From Candidatus Izemoplasmatales bacterium (GTDB taxonomy: Bacteria > Bacillota_I > Bacilli_A > Izemoplasmatales > Hujiaoplasmataceae): DNA of 35,234 bases. The position numbers and the translations under genes were made by a program. Location: contig JBFXGX010000018.1 in the NCBI GenBank assembly GCA_050177605.1, positions 1 to 35,234 on the forward strand, given 5' to 3'. This document shows, one piece after another, positions 1 through 8,583 of this stretch (within the stretch, counting starts at the first letter, position 1; each line of letters opens with the position of its first letter). The notes under the pieces are model-generated. The model saw only the letters and a program-made list of their open reading frames with translations. It was not told the DNA's origin and searched no databases.

Positions 1-1295
1 TGATTCGTTTGTGGAAACATATCCACTGGTTGTACAGCATGCATTGTATAACCATTTTTAACAAGCTCTACAACATCGGATGCTAATGTTTCTGGATTAC
101 AGGATATATAAACAAATTTCTTTGGTTTCATTAATAATACTTTTTCCATAAATGGTTTCGTTAAACCCGATCTTGGCGGATCTACTAATAAAATATCAGG
201 GGAGTTCCCTTCATCAACCCAAGACTGCATATAATCTAGCGCGTCCGCATGAACAAACCTTACATTACTCACTTGATTAAGTTTCGAATTCATAATCGCA
301 TTCTTCACTGATTCTTTATTCGATTCTACCGCAAACACTTGTTTAACATGTTCTGCGAATAATATACCAATTGTTCCTACACCAGAATAGGCATCAATCA
401 TTATCTCATCTTTTTTCGGCTTGGCAACTTCTAAGGCTTTTTTATATAACGTTGCAGTTTGACGTGAATTTACTTGATAAAATGTTTTCGATGAAATCAT
501 GAAAGTCTTATCTAGTAGTTCATCCTTGATGTATCCAGGTCCATATAACACGCGCTCTAGATCACCTAAAAGAATCGAGGTATGACGCGGATTAATATTT
601 TGAACAATCGTTGTAATTTCTGGATGAGCAGCTCTTAATTCCTTGACAAAATTGTTTCTTCCAGGAAACATCTCCTCTTTTGTAACCAAACAAACGAGCA
701 CTTGATTCGTTGTTTCAGAAACCCTTACTAAAATATGCTTTACAAGTCCCTGGTTCGATTTTTCATCGAATGGTACGATATGTTGTTTTGTCATGATTTG
801 TTTTGCACTTCGAATGATGTTATTGGCTATTTTATTTTGAATTACGCATTCATCGACATTCACGAGATTGTGAGTGAACTCTTCATAGAAACCAGACATC
901 ACTTTTTTATTCTTCTCACTAAGTACCATTTGGTTTTTATTTCGATAATTGAATTCGTTTTTTGAACCTAGTACAGGTAAAACAATCGCGTCCTTCATTC
1001 CTACTTTTTGAAACGAAGAAATCACATAACTTGTTTTAAGATTCATCTGTTTCTCATATGGAATATGTTGAAGCTGGCATCCACCGCACTCATGAAATCT
1101 TGCACACTTAGCCTTAATTCGATCACTACTTTGTTTGATAAATTCTGTAATTTTACCAAATCCATTATTAAAAAAGGATACTTTTGCTTCTTCACCTGGT
1201 AAGAAGTTTGGGACGAGGTATCTTCTGTTTTGAAGAAAACATACGCCATATCCTTGTTCATTTAATTCTGTACATTTAACAATTTGTTCTTTCAT
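1..1295 (-). CDS. rlmD: 23S rRNA (uracil1939-C5)-methyltransferase RlmD (TrmA family), 3' end runs off the window
   Basis: Missing from the ORF track and translated manually from ATG at 1295: MKEQIVKCTELNEQGYG...C-x5-CGGCQLQH (Fe-S motif), FYQVN, DAYSGVGTIG (SAM binding), VDPPRSG, YISCNPETL, VDMFPQT. RBS AGGTGA upstream. Confidence 0.93.
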   Translation of the reverse strand, partial: MKEQIVKCTELNEQGYGVCFLQNRRYLVPNFLPGEEAKVSFFNNGFGKITEFIKQSSDRIKAKCARFHECGGCQLQHIPYEKQMNLKTSYVISSFQKVGMKDAIVLPVLGSKNEFNYRNKNQMVLSEKNKKVMSGFYEEFTHNLVNVDECVIQNKIANNIIRSAKQIMTKQHIVPFDEKSNQGLVKHILVRVSETTNQVLVCLVTKEEMFPGRNNFVKELRAAHPEITTIVQNINPRHTSILLGDLERVLYGPGYIKDELLDKTFMISSKTFYQVNSRQTATLYKKALEVAKPKKDEIMIDAYSGVGTIGILFAEHVKQVFAVESNKESVKNAIMNSKLNQVSNVRFVHADALDYMQSWVDEGNSPDILLVDPPRSGLTKPFMEKVLLMKPKKFVYISCNPETLASDVVELVKNGYTMHAVQPVDMFPQTN

Positions 1296-1332
1296 ATGTA
1301 TCACCTTTTACTATTATACCAAGAATCGAAAG

Positions 1333-1366
1333 AAAAAAGCAAAAAGGGTCTTTCTTTTTGCTTTTT
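1333..1366 (-). terminator. Intrinsic terminator after the SDR gene
   Basis: AAAAAGCAAAAAG...CTTTTTGCTTTTT inverted repeat flanked by A/T runs. Confidence 0.65.
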
Positions 1367-2159
1367 ATTTACCATACATGATATAAAGAATCCAATTTTC
1401 AAAGCGCTTTGGTAAAACTCTTTTCAAGAAAACAAATACTTTATATTCAAATCCAACCGTCACTTTGACAGGCATCGATTTTCTCTTTATTAGTTTATGT
1501 ATTACTTTCACTACTGACATCGGAGATTTTCCATTTTGTTCGTCGTGTTCCATACGAGCAATCGACTTCTTGATGCGGTCTTTATAGTAATCATCAACTA
1601 AAACATGAGGTTGTTCTCTAGCGGCAGTGAATCCTGTTTTTGTATCTCCTGGAAGTACAGCAGATACATCGATTCCAAATGGCTTCAATTCCATTCTTAA
1701 CCCTTCGGATAACACATGCACACTTGCTTTTGACATTGAATAGAATGTTTGGAAAGGAATGGTTAAGTCCCCTGCCACAGATCCAATGTTGATGATTTTA
1801 GGTTTTGAGGATTTTCTGAGTAACGGAATTGCTTGTTTAGAGAATAGAAATACTCCATAAACATTCACTTCAAAGATTTTTTTGATATCATCGTAAGTGG
1901 CGTATTCAACCGCACCACTAACACCCATTCCAGCACAATTGACTAAGATGTCAATGACGCCATATTTTTCTTCTATTTTCTTAACTGTGCTTACTACTTC
2001 AGCTTCAATCGAAACATCACAAGGATAGTAATCATATGAGATGTCTTTTGGAACTTTTCTTGAAACGCCAACAACATTAAACCCTTTTTTTGAAAAGAAA
2101 TCTGCCGCAGCTTTTCCAATCCCACTTGACGCGCCTGTAATAACTAGTACTTTACTCAT
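1365..2159 (-). CDS. Short-chain dehydrogenase/reductase (classical SDR, probably NADP(H)); candidate 3-ketosphinganine reductase
   Basis: TGASSGIG, NCAG and YSMSK catalytic motifs; start overlaps the end of the upstream SPT-like gene. Confidence 0.9.
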   Translation of the reverse strand: MSKVLVITGASSGIGKAAADFFSKKGFNVVGVSRKVPKDISYDYYPCDVSIEAEVVSTVKKIEEKYGVIDILVNCAGMGVSGAVEYATYDDIKKIFEVNVYGVFLFSKQAIPLLRKSSKPKIINIGSVAGDLTIPFQTFYSMSKASVHVLSEGLRMELKPFGIDVSAVLPGDTKTGFTAAREQPHVLVDDYYKDRIKKSIARMEHDEQNGKSPMSVVKVIHKLIKRKSMPVKVTVGFEYKVFVFLKRVLPKRFENWILYIMYGK

Positions 2160-3375
2160 GATGCGTATGCAAAAACTCCATTAATTCTTCATCAGACTCC
2201 GGTAAACTGTGCAGTACTTCAGAAATAATATTCACAGCTTCATCCATTAATTCTTTGGTATGTGTGGAAGTATAGGATGTACGAATTAAGCATTCACCCT
2301 CAGGCGTTGCAGGTGGTAATACTGGATTCACATAAACCCCACGATCATATAAAATCTTACAAGCAACTAAAGTTCTAAGCATAGTATAGGTATAAATCGG
2401 AATGATTGGAACGATAGAATGATCGATAACTTTCAATCCTTTTTCTTTTAAAGAAGTACGTACATATTTAGCAATATCAAGAAGAGCTTTTGGTCTCTCA
2501 GGTTCTCTTTCTAAAATGCGCAGAGCTTCTAAAGCAGAAGCAGCGTTCGCAGGCGTAATTGCAGCACAGAAAATAAATGGTCTTGATTTATGACGAACGA
2601 ATTCACATACTTTTTCGCTAGCGACCATATAGCCACCTAAACTAGCTAATGATTTTGAGAATGTTCCCATAATGATATCCACATCATCTTCTAATCCAAA
2701 ATACTCGGCTGTCCCTCTACCTCTTGCCCCTAAAACACCAAAACCATGAGCGTCATCAACCATCACTCTTGCGCCGTATTGTTTGGCTAAACGAACAATT
2801 TCTGGAAGATTACAAATATCACCACTCATTGAAAAAACACCATCAGTCACAATCAGTTTTCCCTTTTCTGGATCCGCTGAAGCAAGGAGTTTTTCTAAGT
2901 CAGCCATATCGTTATGTTTAAATCTTACAAGTGTTGCGTAAGATAATTTAATACCATCATAGATTGACGCATGGTTTTCTCTGTCTGAAAAAACAAGGTC
3001 ATTTCTACCAGCAATCGCTGAAATAATTCCTAAATTAGTTTGAAATCCTGTTGAGAAAGTAACACAAGCTTCTTTATGTAGAAAAGCTGCAAGTTCTTTT
3101 TCAAGTTCTACGTGTGTTGTTAGCGTTCCATTTAAAAATCTAGAGCCACTAACACCAGAACCAAAATCTTCAAATGCCTTAATTCCCGCTTGAATGACTC
3201 TTGGATCACCTGTTAATCCTAGATAATTATTGGAACCAATCATTATTTTACGATGACCTTCCATCGTTACTTCAATGTCTTGTTTTGTTTCAAGCGCATG
3301 GAAGTAAGGATAGATTCCTAAAGTTTTAAACTCATCTACTGTTGTAAAATCATCACATTTTTTAAATAAATCCAT
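2152..3375 (-). CDS. spt: PLP-dependent alpha-oxoamine synthase, serine palmitoyltransferase-like
   Basis: GIYPYF, GSNNYLGL, GSRFLNGT, NHASIYDG, DGVFSMSGD, DDAHG, GTFSKS (PLP Lys) and PPATP loop. Likely start is ATG 3375 after GGAG (ORF track starts at GTG 3384). Family is confident; SPT specificity is inferred. Confidence 0.78.
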   Translation of the reverse strand: MDLFKKCDDFTTVDEFKTLGIYPYFHALETKQDIEVTMEGHRKIMIGSNNYLGLTGDPRVIQAGIKAFEDFGSGVSGSRFLNGTLTTHVELEKELAAFLHKEACVTFSTGFQTNLGIISAIAGRNDLVFSDRENHASIYDGIKLSYATLVRFKHNDMADLEKLLASADPEKGKLIVTDGVFSMSGDICNLPEIVRLAKQYGARVMVDDAHGFGVLGARGRGTAEYFGLEDDVDIIMGTFSKSLASLGGYMVASEKVCEFVRHKSRPFIFCAAITPANAASALEALRILEREPERPKALLDIAKYVRTSLKEKGLKVIDHSIVPIIPIYTYTMLRTLVACKILYDRGVYVNPVLPPATPEGECLIRTSYTSTHTKELMDEAVNIISEVLHSLPESDEELMEFLHTHHE

Positions 3376-3388
3376 TTTCTCCACCCTA

Positions 3389-4138
3389 TTATTCTTCTTT
3401 CACGATGTTACCGTGAAATACTGAAAATCCTTCTTCAAGTTCAACTTCATCTAAATGTTCTTGGAAAAACTCTTCTTCAACGCTTACAAGTAAACCATAG
3501 GCAATATCATTGATGACAATCGGATCAAATTCCCCATTATTACCAAGTTCTGCGAGCATTGAAGCTGTATTATCAAAATCAATACCATACTCAAATTCAT
3601 CTTCGTCATCATGGTGGTGATCATGTCCACAAGAACAAGTTTCACCTTCTTCATGATCACAATCACATTCATCTTCAAAATGGTCGTGTTCATGTTCTAG
3701 TTGTTCTTTGACAAATGTTGCTACACCAATTCCAACTTCCATTTGAGGAAAGCCGTTTTCACTTAACGCTTGATTATAGATTTCTGCCATTGAATTAATC
3801 ATTACTGCGTCTTCAAAAATACTAAATACTTCTTCACCCGTCGGTGAAAACGCAGTTGCCTTTACAAAGAAGTCTCCCGATTCAACTAAGACAACTTCCG
3901 GATTCTTTTTGAGTAACACCATTGTTTCTAGTAAGAATGATTCCATTAATAAAGCGGCTTTGTATGTTGCTTCACCGCCATAATATTCATCGATATTTTT
4001 AATTAAAACATAAATGTCTGTATATAATTCTTCAACTTCAAAGTCTTCGCTTACTTCAACAAAACTTTCGTCTTCGAGTAAGAAATCTTCTTCAGTTGAA
4101 GATAAAATAGCATTTATTTTTTCTTGGATTTCTTTCAC
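3389..4138 (-). CDS. Very acidic protein resembling a degenerate class III adenylate/guanylate cyclase domain with a His/Cys/Asp/Glu-rich insertion
   Basis: ORF 3389..4168, likely GTG start at 4138 after GGGAG. Motifs IYVLIKN, ESGDF, MEVGIGVATF, DNTASMLAELG and IVINDIAY follow cyclase element order; insert EHEHDHFEDECDCDHEEGETCSCGHDHHH. Confidence 0.5.
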   Translation of the reverse strand: MKEIQEKINAILSSTEEDFLLEDESFVEVSEDFEVEELYTDIYVLIKNIDEYYGGEATYKAALLMESFLLETMVLLKKNPEVVLVESGDFFVKATAFSPTGEEVFSIFEDAVMINSMAEIYNQALSENGFPQMEVGIGVATFVKEQLEHEHDHFEDECDCDHEEGETCSCGHDHHHDDEDEFEYGIDFDNTASMLAELGNNGEFDPIVINDIAYGLLVSVEEEFFQEHLDEVELEEGFSVFHGNIVKEE

Positions 4139-4170
4139 TTTTTTCTCCCTTTTTACACCATAATGCACAT

Positions 4171-4202
4171 ATTATATCACAATTTATATACATTTGTATA
4201 TA
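4171..4202 (-). promoter_or_regulatory. Extended -10 promoter (TGATATAAT) with upstream perfect palindrome TATATACA-TT-TGTATATA
   Basis: -10 at 4171-4176 on the minus strand; 8-bp inverted repeat at 4185-4202 covering the -35 region. Confidence 0.55.
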
Positions 4203-4235
4203 GATTAAATGTGGACTATTTGTAAAGTAAAATTC

Positions 4236-4264
4236 AAAAAAAAGAAGCGCAATTTGCGCTTCTT
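4236..4264 (-). terminator. Intrinsic terminator after the ABC transporter
   Basis: AAGAAGCGC-AATTT-GCGCTTCTT hairpin with an A-run (U-tract on the minus strand). Confidence 0.85.
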
Positions 4265-4271
4265 GTTAGGG

Positions 4272-6491
4272 CTATTCAGTTCTTAATGCAATCACTGGAT
4301 CTTTCTTTGATGCCATTCTGGAAGGAACGAGTCCTGCGACGAATGCAAGCACAATACTAATAGAAACTAAGAATAAACCATGAAAGACTGATAATTTCGC
4401 AACATTAGGCATGTCCGCAAGTCGTTCAATAATGATATTAATTGGAATAATTAGGACTAGGCTGACACCAATTCCTACCAAACCAGCTACAAGACCAATA
4501 ATGATATTCTCTGTGTTGAAAACGCGTGATATATCTTTTTTTCTCGCACCTAAGGCTCTTAATACACCAATTTCTTTAATTCTTTCTAACACCGAAATGT
4601 AAGTAATAATCGAAATCATAATCGATGAAACAACAAGGGAAATGGCCGCGAATGCGATTAATACGATAGATATTGTATCAATAACCCCACCAACCATAGA
4701 AGTGAATGTTGCGGATTGATCAATATATTCGATACGGGAAGGATCGTCACTGGCAAGTCCATCATTATAAGCATCAAGATATTTTTTTAAAGTATCTTTA
4801 CTATCAAAATCATTTGGATAAATATAGATAGAATTAATTGGCCCAACTTCTGTAGGATAGTTTGATTCAATATAATTCACTAAGGAAGAGGTATACCCAA
4901 GTCCGTTGTAAAGTAAGCTTACATTGGAACCATCTTGCATACGGATAATCCCAGAAATCGTAATATCGATTCCCTCACTACCATCACTTGTTAATGGGTT
5001 GTAACTTCCGACATATAATTTAAAGGTTTTACCCACGATATCAGAAAATTGAAATTCTGTCTCTGTCGTCGGATCAAATCCCAGTGCCTGTAAAGTTGAT
5101 GTGTATATACGGTTATATTCATCTACGACAAGGACCACTTCAAACGAAGTACTATTCACATTGTCCGATGGATAATTACCATATAGAATATCATAGTTAT
5201 TGTTGAATACGTCTCCATCTGGTAGTAACGTAAAGAACGATGCCATCGAAGCAAATGGACTTGATGAATTGTCTTCTTCTCCATCAATTGACTCGGAATA
5301 GAGTGGAACGTATCCGCTATACACATCGGTTGAAACATATGTTAATAAACTAAAATTCATCGCGTGTGTATATTTCACCCCCGCAATCGTATCAGGAGAG
5401 ATATTATTCACATAGTCTTTCACATAATTAACATAATCATCTGTAATTATATTTTCAGTCAGGAAAGATGCTAAACGATTTTCATCATAGGCTGTCGCAA
5501 ATTGATCATCTGGATAAGCAATTAAATCTTCTACTCCAGCTTGTCTAATTTTATCGAAATCAAGACGAGAACTAGTAATCGAGATTGGATATCCCGCTAA
5601 CGTGTCTTGTTCGAAATTCGATATTTCTTGGTCCAGTCCGTTGGATAAAGATAAGATTAGTGCAATACCAATAATTCCAATACTACCAGCGAACGCTGTT
5701 AGTAATGTTCTTCCGAGTTTTGTTTTAATGTTATTGATTGAAGAAATAAAGGCTGTTTTGTAAGACATCGCTGTCTTTTTAAGGCTGAATTTCGTGGTGT
5801 CTTCGATTTCATCGACAATCGGTCTTGAATCGTCAGTGACTTCACCATCTTTCAGTTTAATAATTCGGTTTGAATAAGTTTTAGCAAGCTCTGAATTATG
5901 TGAAACCATAATCACTAATTTTTCTTTAGCAATTCTCTTAATCAGTTCCATAATTTGAACACTAGTCACTGAATCTAGCGATCCTGTAGGTTCATCCGCT
6001 AAAATGACATCAGGATTATTTGCAAGTGCTCTTGCAATAGCGACACGTTGAGATTGACCTCCGGATAATTGATTCGGTCTTTTATGGATATGATCTCCTA
6101 ATCCGACTTCGTTTAATACTTCAATTGCTCTAGCTTTCGATTCTTGCCTGCTGATACCACTTAAGGTCATGCCCATTTCAACATTTTGAAGAACACTTAA
6201 ATGGGGAATTAGATTATGTGTTTGAAAGATAAATCCAATGGAGTTGTTACGATACATATCCCATTCTTGTTCAGAGAAGTTTTTTGTGGATTTTCCATTG
6301 ATGATTAAATCACCTTCATCATATTGATCAAGTCCACCGATGATATTCAGCAATGTCGTTTTTCCGCATCCTGATGGGCCAAGAATCGTGACAAACTCAT
6401 TTTGACGAAATTCTAAGTTAACTTTATTCAGTGCTACTTGAGTAAAATCGCCGGTTGTATAACTTTTTTTAATATCTACTAATTTTAGCAT
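4272..6491 (-). CDS. Fused ABC transporter ATP-binding/permease protein (MacB/FtsX-like)
   Basis: Walker A GPSGCGKT, LSGGQSQR, ILADEPTG; C-terminal FtsX-type permease (ER.KEIGVLRALGA, DPVIALR). Confidence 0.92.
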   Translation of the reverse strand: MLKLVDIKKSYTTGDFTQVALNKVNLEFRQNEFVTILGPSGCGKTTLLNIIGGLDQYDEGDLIINGKSTKNFSEQEWDMYRNNSIGFIFQTHNLIPHLSVLQNVEMGMTLSGISRQESKARAIEVLNEVGLGDHIHKRPNQLSGGQSQRVAIARALANNPDVILADEPTGSLDSVTSVQIMELIKRIAKEKLVIMVSHNSELAKTYSNRIIKLKDGEVTDDSRPIVDEIEDTTKFSLKKTAMSYKTAFISSINNIKTKLGRTLLTAFAGSIGIIGIALILSLSNGLDQEISNFEQDTLAGYPISITSSRLDFDKIRQAGVEDLIAYPDDQFATAYDENRLASFLTENIITDDYVNYVKDYVNNISPDTIAGVKYTHAMNFSLLTYVSTDVYSGYVPLYSESIDGEEDNSSSPFASMASFFTLLPDGDVFNNNYDILYGNYPSDNVNSTSFEVVLVVDEYNRIYTSTLQALGFDPTTETEFQFSDIVGKTFKLYVGSYNPLTSDGSEGIDITISGIIRMQDGSNVSLLYNGLGYTSSLVNYIESNYPTEVGPINSIYIYPNDFDSKDTLKKYLDAYNDGLASDDPSRIEYIDQSATFTSMVGGVIDTISIVLIAFAAISLVVSSIMISIITYISVLERIKEIGVLRALGARKKDISRVFNTENIIIGLVAGLVGIGVSLVLIIPINIIIERLADMPNVAKLSVFHGLFLVSISIVLAFVAGLVPSRMASKKDPVIALRTE

Positions 6492-7117
6492 GTTTTCCCT
6501 ACTTTCTTAATGTATCCAGATTGAACGATACTCATATATTTTTTTAATTCGAGTTTTGATACTTGATGAGACTTATTTTGCATAAATGAATTTACCATTA
6601 CACTTCTCAAAACTGAGAAAGCAATCTCGACAGCGATATATTTTGATTCGTCAGAACAATCTTCAAATTGATCATCATTCAGATGAGGTACAATTCGTCT
6701 CATACCTTCTCTTAAAGGTTGATGATTCTTCTTTGTATGATCGAGTGTTTCAAACTGAGATTGAAAGTAAATCATTACGTGTTTTACAAAGCCTTCGTAT
6801 TGCTTATTTTGTTCATAGGTATCAAAGAGATAATCATGAAGCCCATAGATTAATGATTCTAAATCTCCTCCGGATTTCATCAGCTCTCTAAAGAGCGCTG
6901 TTCTTAACTCATCCATCATCGCTTGAATACAAAAATTGAACAGATCATATTTATCTTCAAAGTACATATAAAAGCTTCCTCTAGGTATCCCTGCATCTTT
7001 GATAATCTGATTAATCGATGCCTTTGAAAACTCTACTTTGGAGAATTCATTCATTGCGGCTAAATGAATACTATTTTGTTTTTCTTTCGGTAAATTAAAA
7101 AATGTTTGTGTTGGCAC
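6485..7117 (-). CDS. TetR/AcrR family transcriptional regulator
   Basis: MPTQTFFNLPKEKQ N-terminus, HTH ASINQIIKDAGIPRGSFYMYFEDKYDL; overlaps the ABC start. Confidence 0.92.
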   Translation of the reverse strand: MPTQTFFNLPKEKQNSIHLAAMNEFSKVEFSKASINQIIKDAGIPRGSFYMYFEDKYDLFNFCIQAMMDELRTALFRELMKSGGDLESLIYGLHDYLFDTYEQNKQYEGFVKHVMIYFQSQFETLDHTKKNHQPLREGMRRIVPHLNDDQFEDCSDESKYIAVEIAFSVLRSVMVNSFMQNKSHQVSKLELKKYMSIVQSGYIKKVGKTC

Positions 7118-7147
7118 GTTAATGCCCCCTTTATGAATGCTACAATC

Positions 7148-7176
7148 ATTATATATGACAGGGTGTCATATGTCAA
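7148..7176 (-). promoter_or_regulatory. Consensus sigmaA promoter TTGACA-17bp-TATAAT with a putative TetR operator ATATGACA-GGG-TGTCATAT in the spacer
   Basis: -35 at 7171-7176, -10 at 7148-7153, perfect 8-bp inverted repeat at 7153-7171. Confidence 0.85.
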
Positions 7177-7229
7177 TTAGAATGATGTTATTTTACACTT
7201 GCCTTACGAATTCCTCACCGGATATTCAC

Positions 7230-7252
7230 AAAAAAAAGACGGAATATCCGTC
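7230..7252 (-). terminator. Intrinsic terminator after the transaldolase gene
   Basis: GACGGA-ATA-TCCGTC hairpin plus A-run. Confidence 0.75.
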
Positions 7253-7900
7253 CTATTTTGCAGCGTTTCTAAAGATATCTAGCCCTTTAGTGGTTAATGG
7301 GTGTTCAATCATTTCAAGAAAAACTTTGTAAGGTATTGTCGCAACGTCACTTCCTGCTAGTGCAGCTTGTTCTAAATGTAATTTATGGCGAATACTTGCC
7401 GCAATGGTCATCGTTTCATAACCAAAATTATCAAATGCAATACGGATATCTTCTAATAGTTCATATCCAGCAGTGGTTGAATTTTCTGCGTCATCTAAAC
7501 GACCCATAAACGGAGATACATACGTTGCGCCTGCTTTTGCAGCCATTAACGCTTGTGAAACAGAGAACACTAAAGTAACATTTGTTTTAATATTATAACT
7601 GGTTAAGATCTTTGTTGCTTTTATTCCTTCAAAAGTCATTGGTATTTTGATAACAATGTTTGGATGAATTCTAGCATAACCAAATGCTTCCTTGACCATT
7701 TCTTCTGCACTTGCTTCTTTAACTTCTGCACTGATCGGTCCGTCAATCAAAGTTGTGATTTCTTTGATGACATCGACAAGGTTTTTTCCTTCTTTTGCAA
7801 TGAGCGATGGATTGGTTGTAACACCATCAATAATCCCCCAAGTAGAAGCTTTTCTAATTTCTTCAATATTTGCTGTATCAATAAAAAATTGCATATTCAT
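7253..7900 (-). CDS. fsa: Transaldolase / fructose-6-phosphate aldolase (short type)
   Basis: [23 protein letters not shown] (Schiff-base Lys), [23 protein letters not shown]. Confidence 0.9.
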   Translation of the reverse strand: MNMQFFIDTANIEEIRKASTWGIIDGVTTNPSLIAKEGKNLVDVIKEITTLIDGPISAEVKEASAEEMVKEAFGYARIHPNIVIKIPMTFEGIKATKILTSYNIKTNVTLVFSVSQALMAAKAGATYVSPFMGRLDDAENSTTAGYELLEDIRIAFDNFGYETMTIAASIRHKLHLEQAALAGSDVATIPYKVFLEMIEHPLTTKGLDIFRNAAK

Positions 7901-7923
7901 TCCTCCTTATTTATTCGTCAATA

Positions 7924-8574
7924 TTATACCATAGATTGATCTAATACATGATTAATTTCACCTAAGCAAATGTTCAAAATATCAAATGCTTTTAAGGTAA
8001 TGTCTGTAGATTCTTTTAAATAAGCATTCTTTAATTCTTCATCTTTTAAAGTAGGCAAGTTGATCTTTACATTTAGATAGGCTCCCATGATACCACTGTA
8101 CAATAAGTGACAACCAACTCCGATATCTGAGATGGCTGTTTTATTCCCATATTTAACAAAAAAATCAAGGGTATCAAGGATGGCTAGACTATGTCTCATA
8201 ACAGATAATGGTACATCAATGCCACCTACTGTCGCTTTTTGAATCATGCCAAAACGATGTTTTTTATCTTCTTCAGTTTCTTTTGGCAAGCTATAGGCAT
8301 CCATCATTTTGTTAAATGCATCTGTATCCTGATCAATCAGACTTAATAAAGCTGCTTGATGTTCTAAAATCATTTCCATTTTGGAAATCATTTTAATTTG
8401 AATACTTGGTTCAAGCTTTGCAAAACTCTTTTTAGTTATCGTTAAATGCCCTACCATTCTAGACAATGCGCTACCTAGAGTAGAAGCTAAAGCACTGACT
8501 GATCCTCCACCAGGTGCAGGACTACTCGAATCGACTAGAGCAATAAAGTCTTTAATACTCGATTTGATTAACAT
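7924..8574 (-). CDS. Formiminotetrahydrofolate cyclodeaminase/cyclohydrolase (FTCD C-terminal family)
   Basis: SPAPGGGSVSAL, D.DTDAFN, AYSLPKETEE, SDIGVG, NVKINL; last gene of the hut cluster. Confidence 0.88.
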   Translation of the reverse strand: MLIKSSIKDFIALVDSSSPAPGGGSVSALASTLGSALSRMVGHLTITKKSFAKLEPSIQIKMISKMEMILEHQAALLSLIDQDTDAFNKMMDAYSLPKETEEDKKHRFGMIQKATVGGIDVPLSVMRHSLAILDTLDFFVKYGNKTAISDIGVGCHLLYSGIMGAYLNVKINLPTLKDEELKNAYLKESTDITLKAFDILNICLGEINHVLDQSMV

Positions 8575-8583
8575 AGGCCACCT

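Noticed and set aside
735..1261. Short ORFs 735..965, 1008..1202 and 1043..1261
   Set aside because: Antisense or off-frame shadows of rlmD, which occupies 1..1295.
2152..3384. Annotation as BioF (8-amino-7-oxononanoate synthase) or Kbl
   Set aside because: Motifs RFLNGT, TFSKS and PPATP fit SPT better and there is no bio or tdh context; not fully excluded without a phylogeny.
3389..4138. Pycsar/CBASS-like cyclase defence system
   Set aside because: The first catalytic Asp appears absent, there is no adjacent TIR or TM effector, and the context is metabolic.
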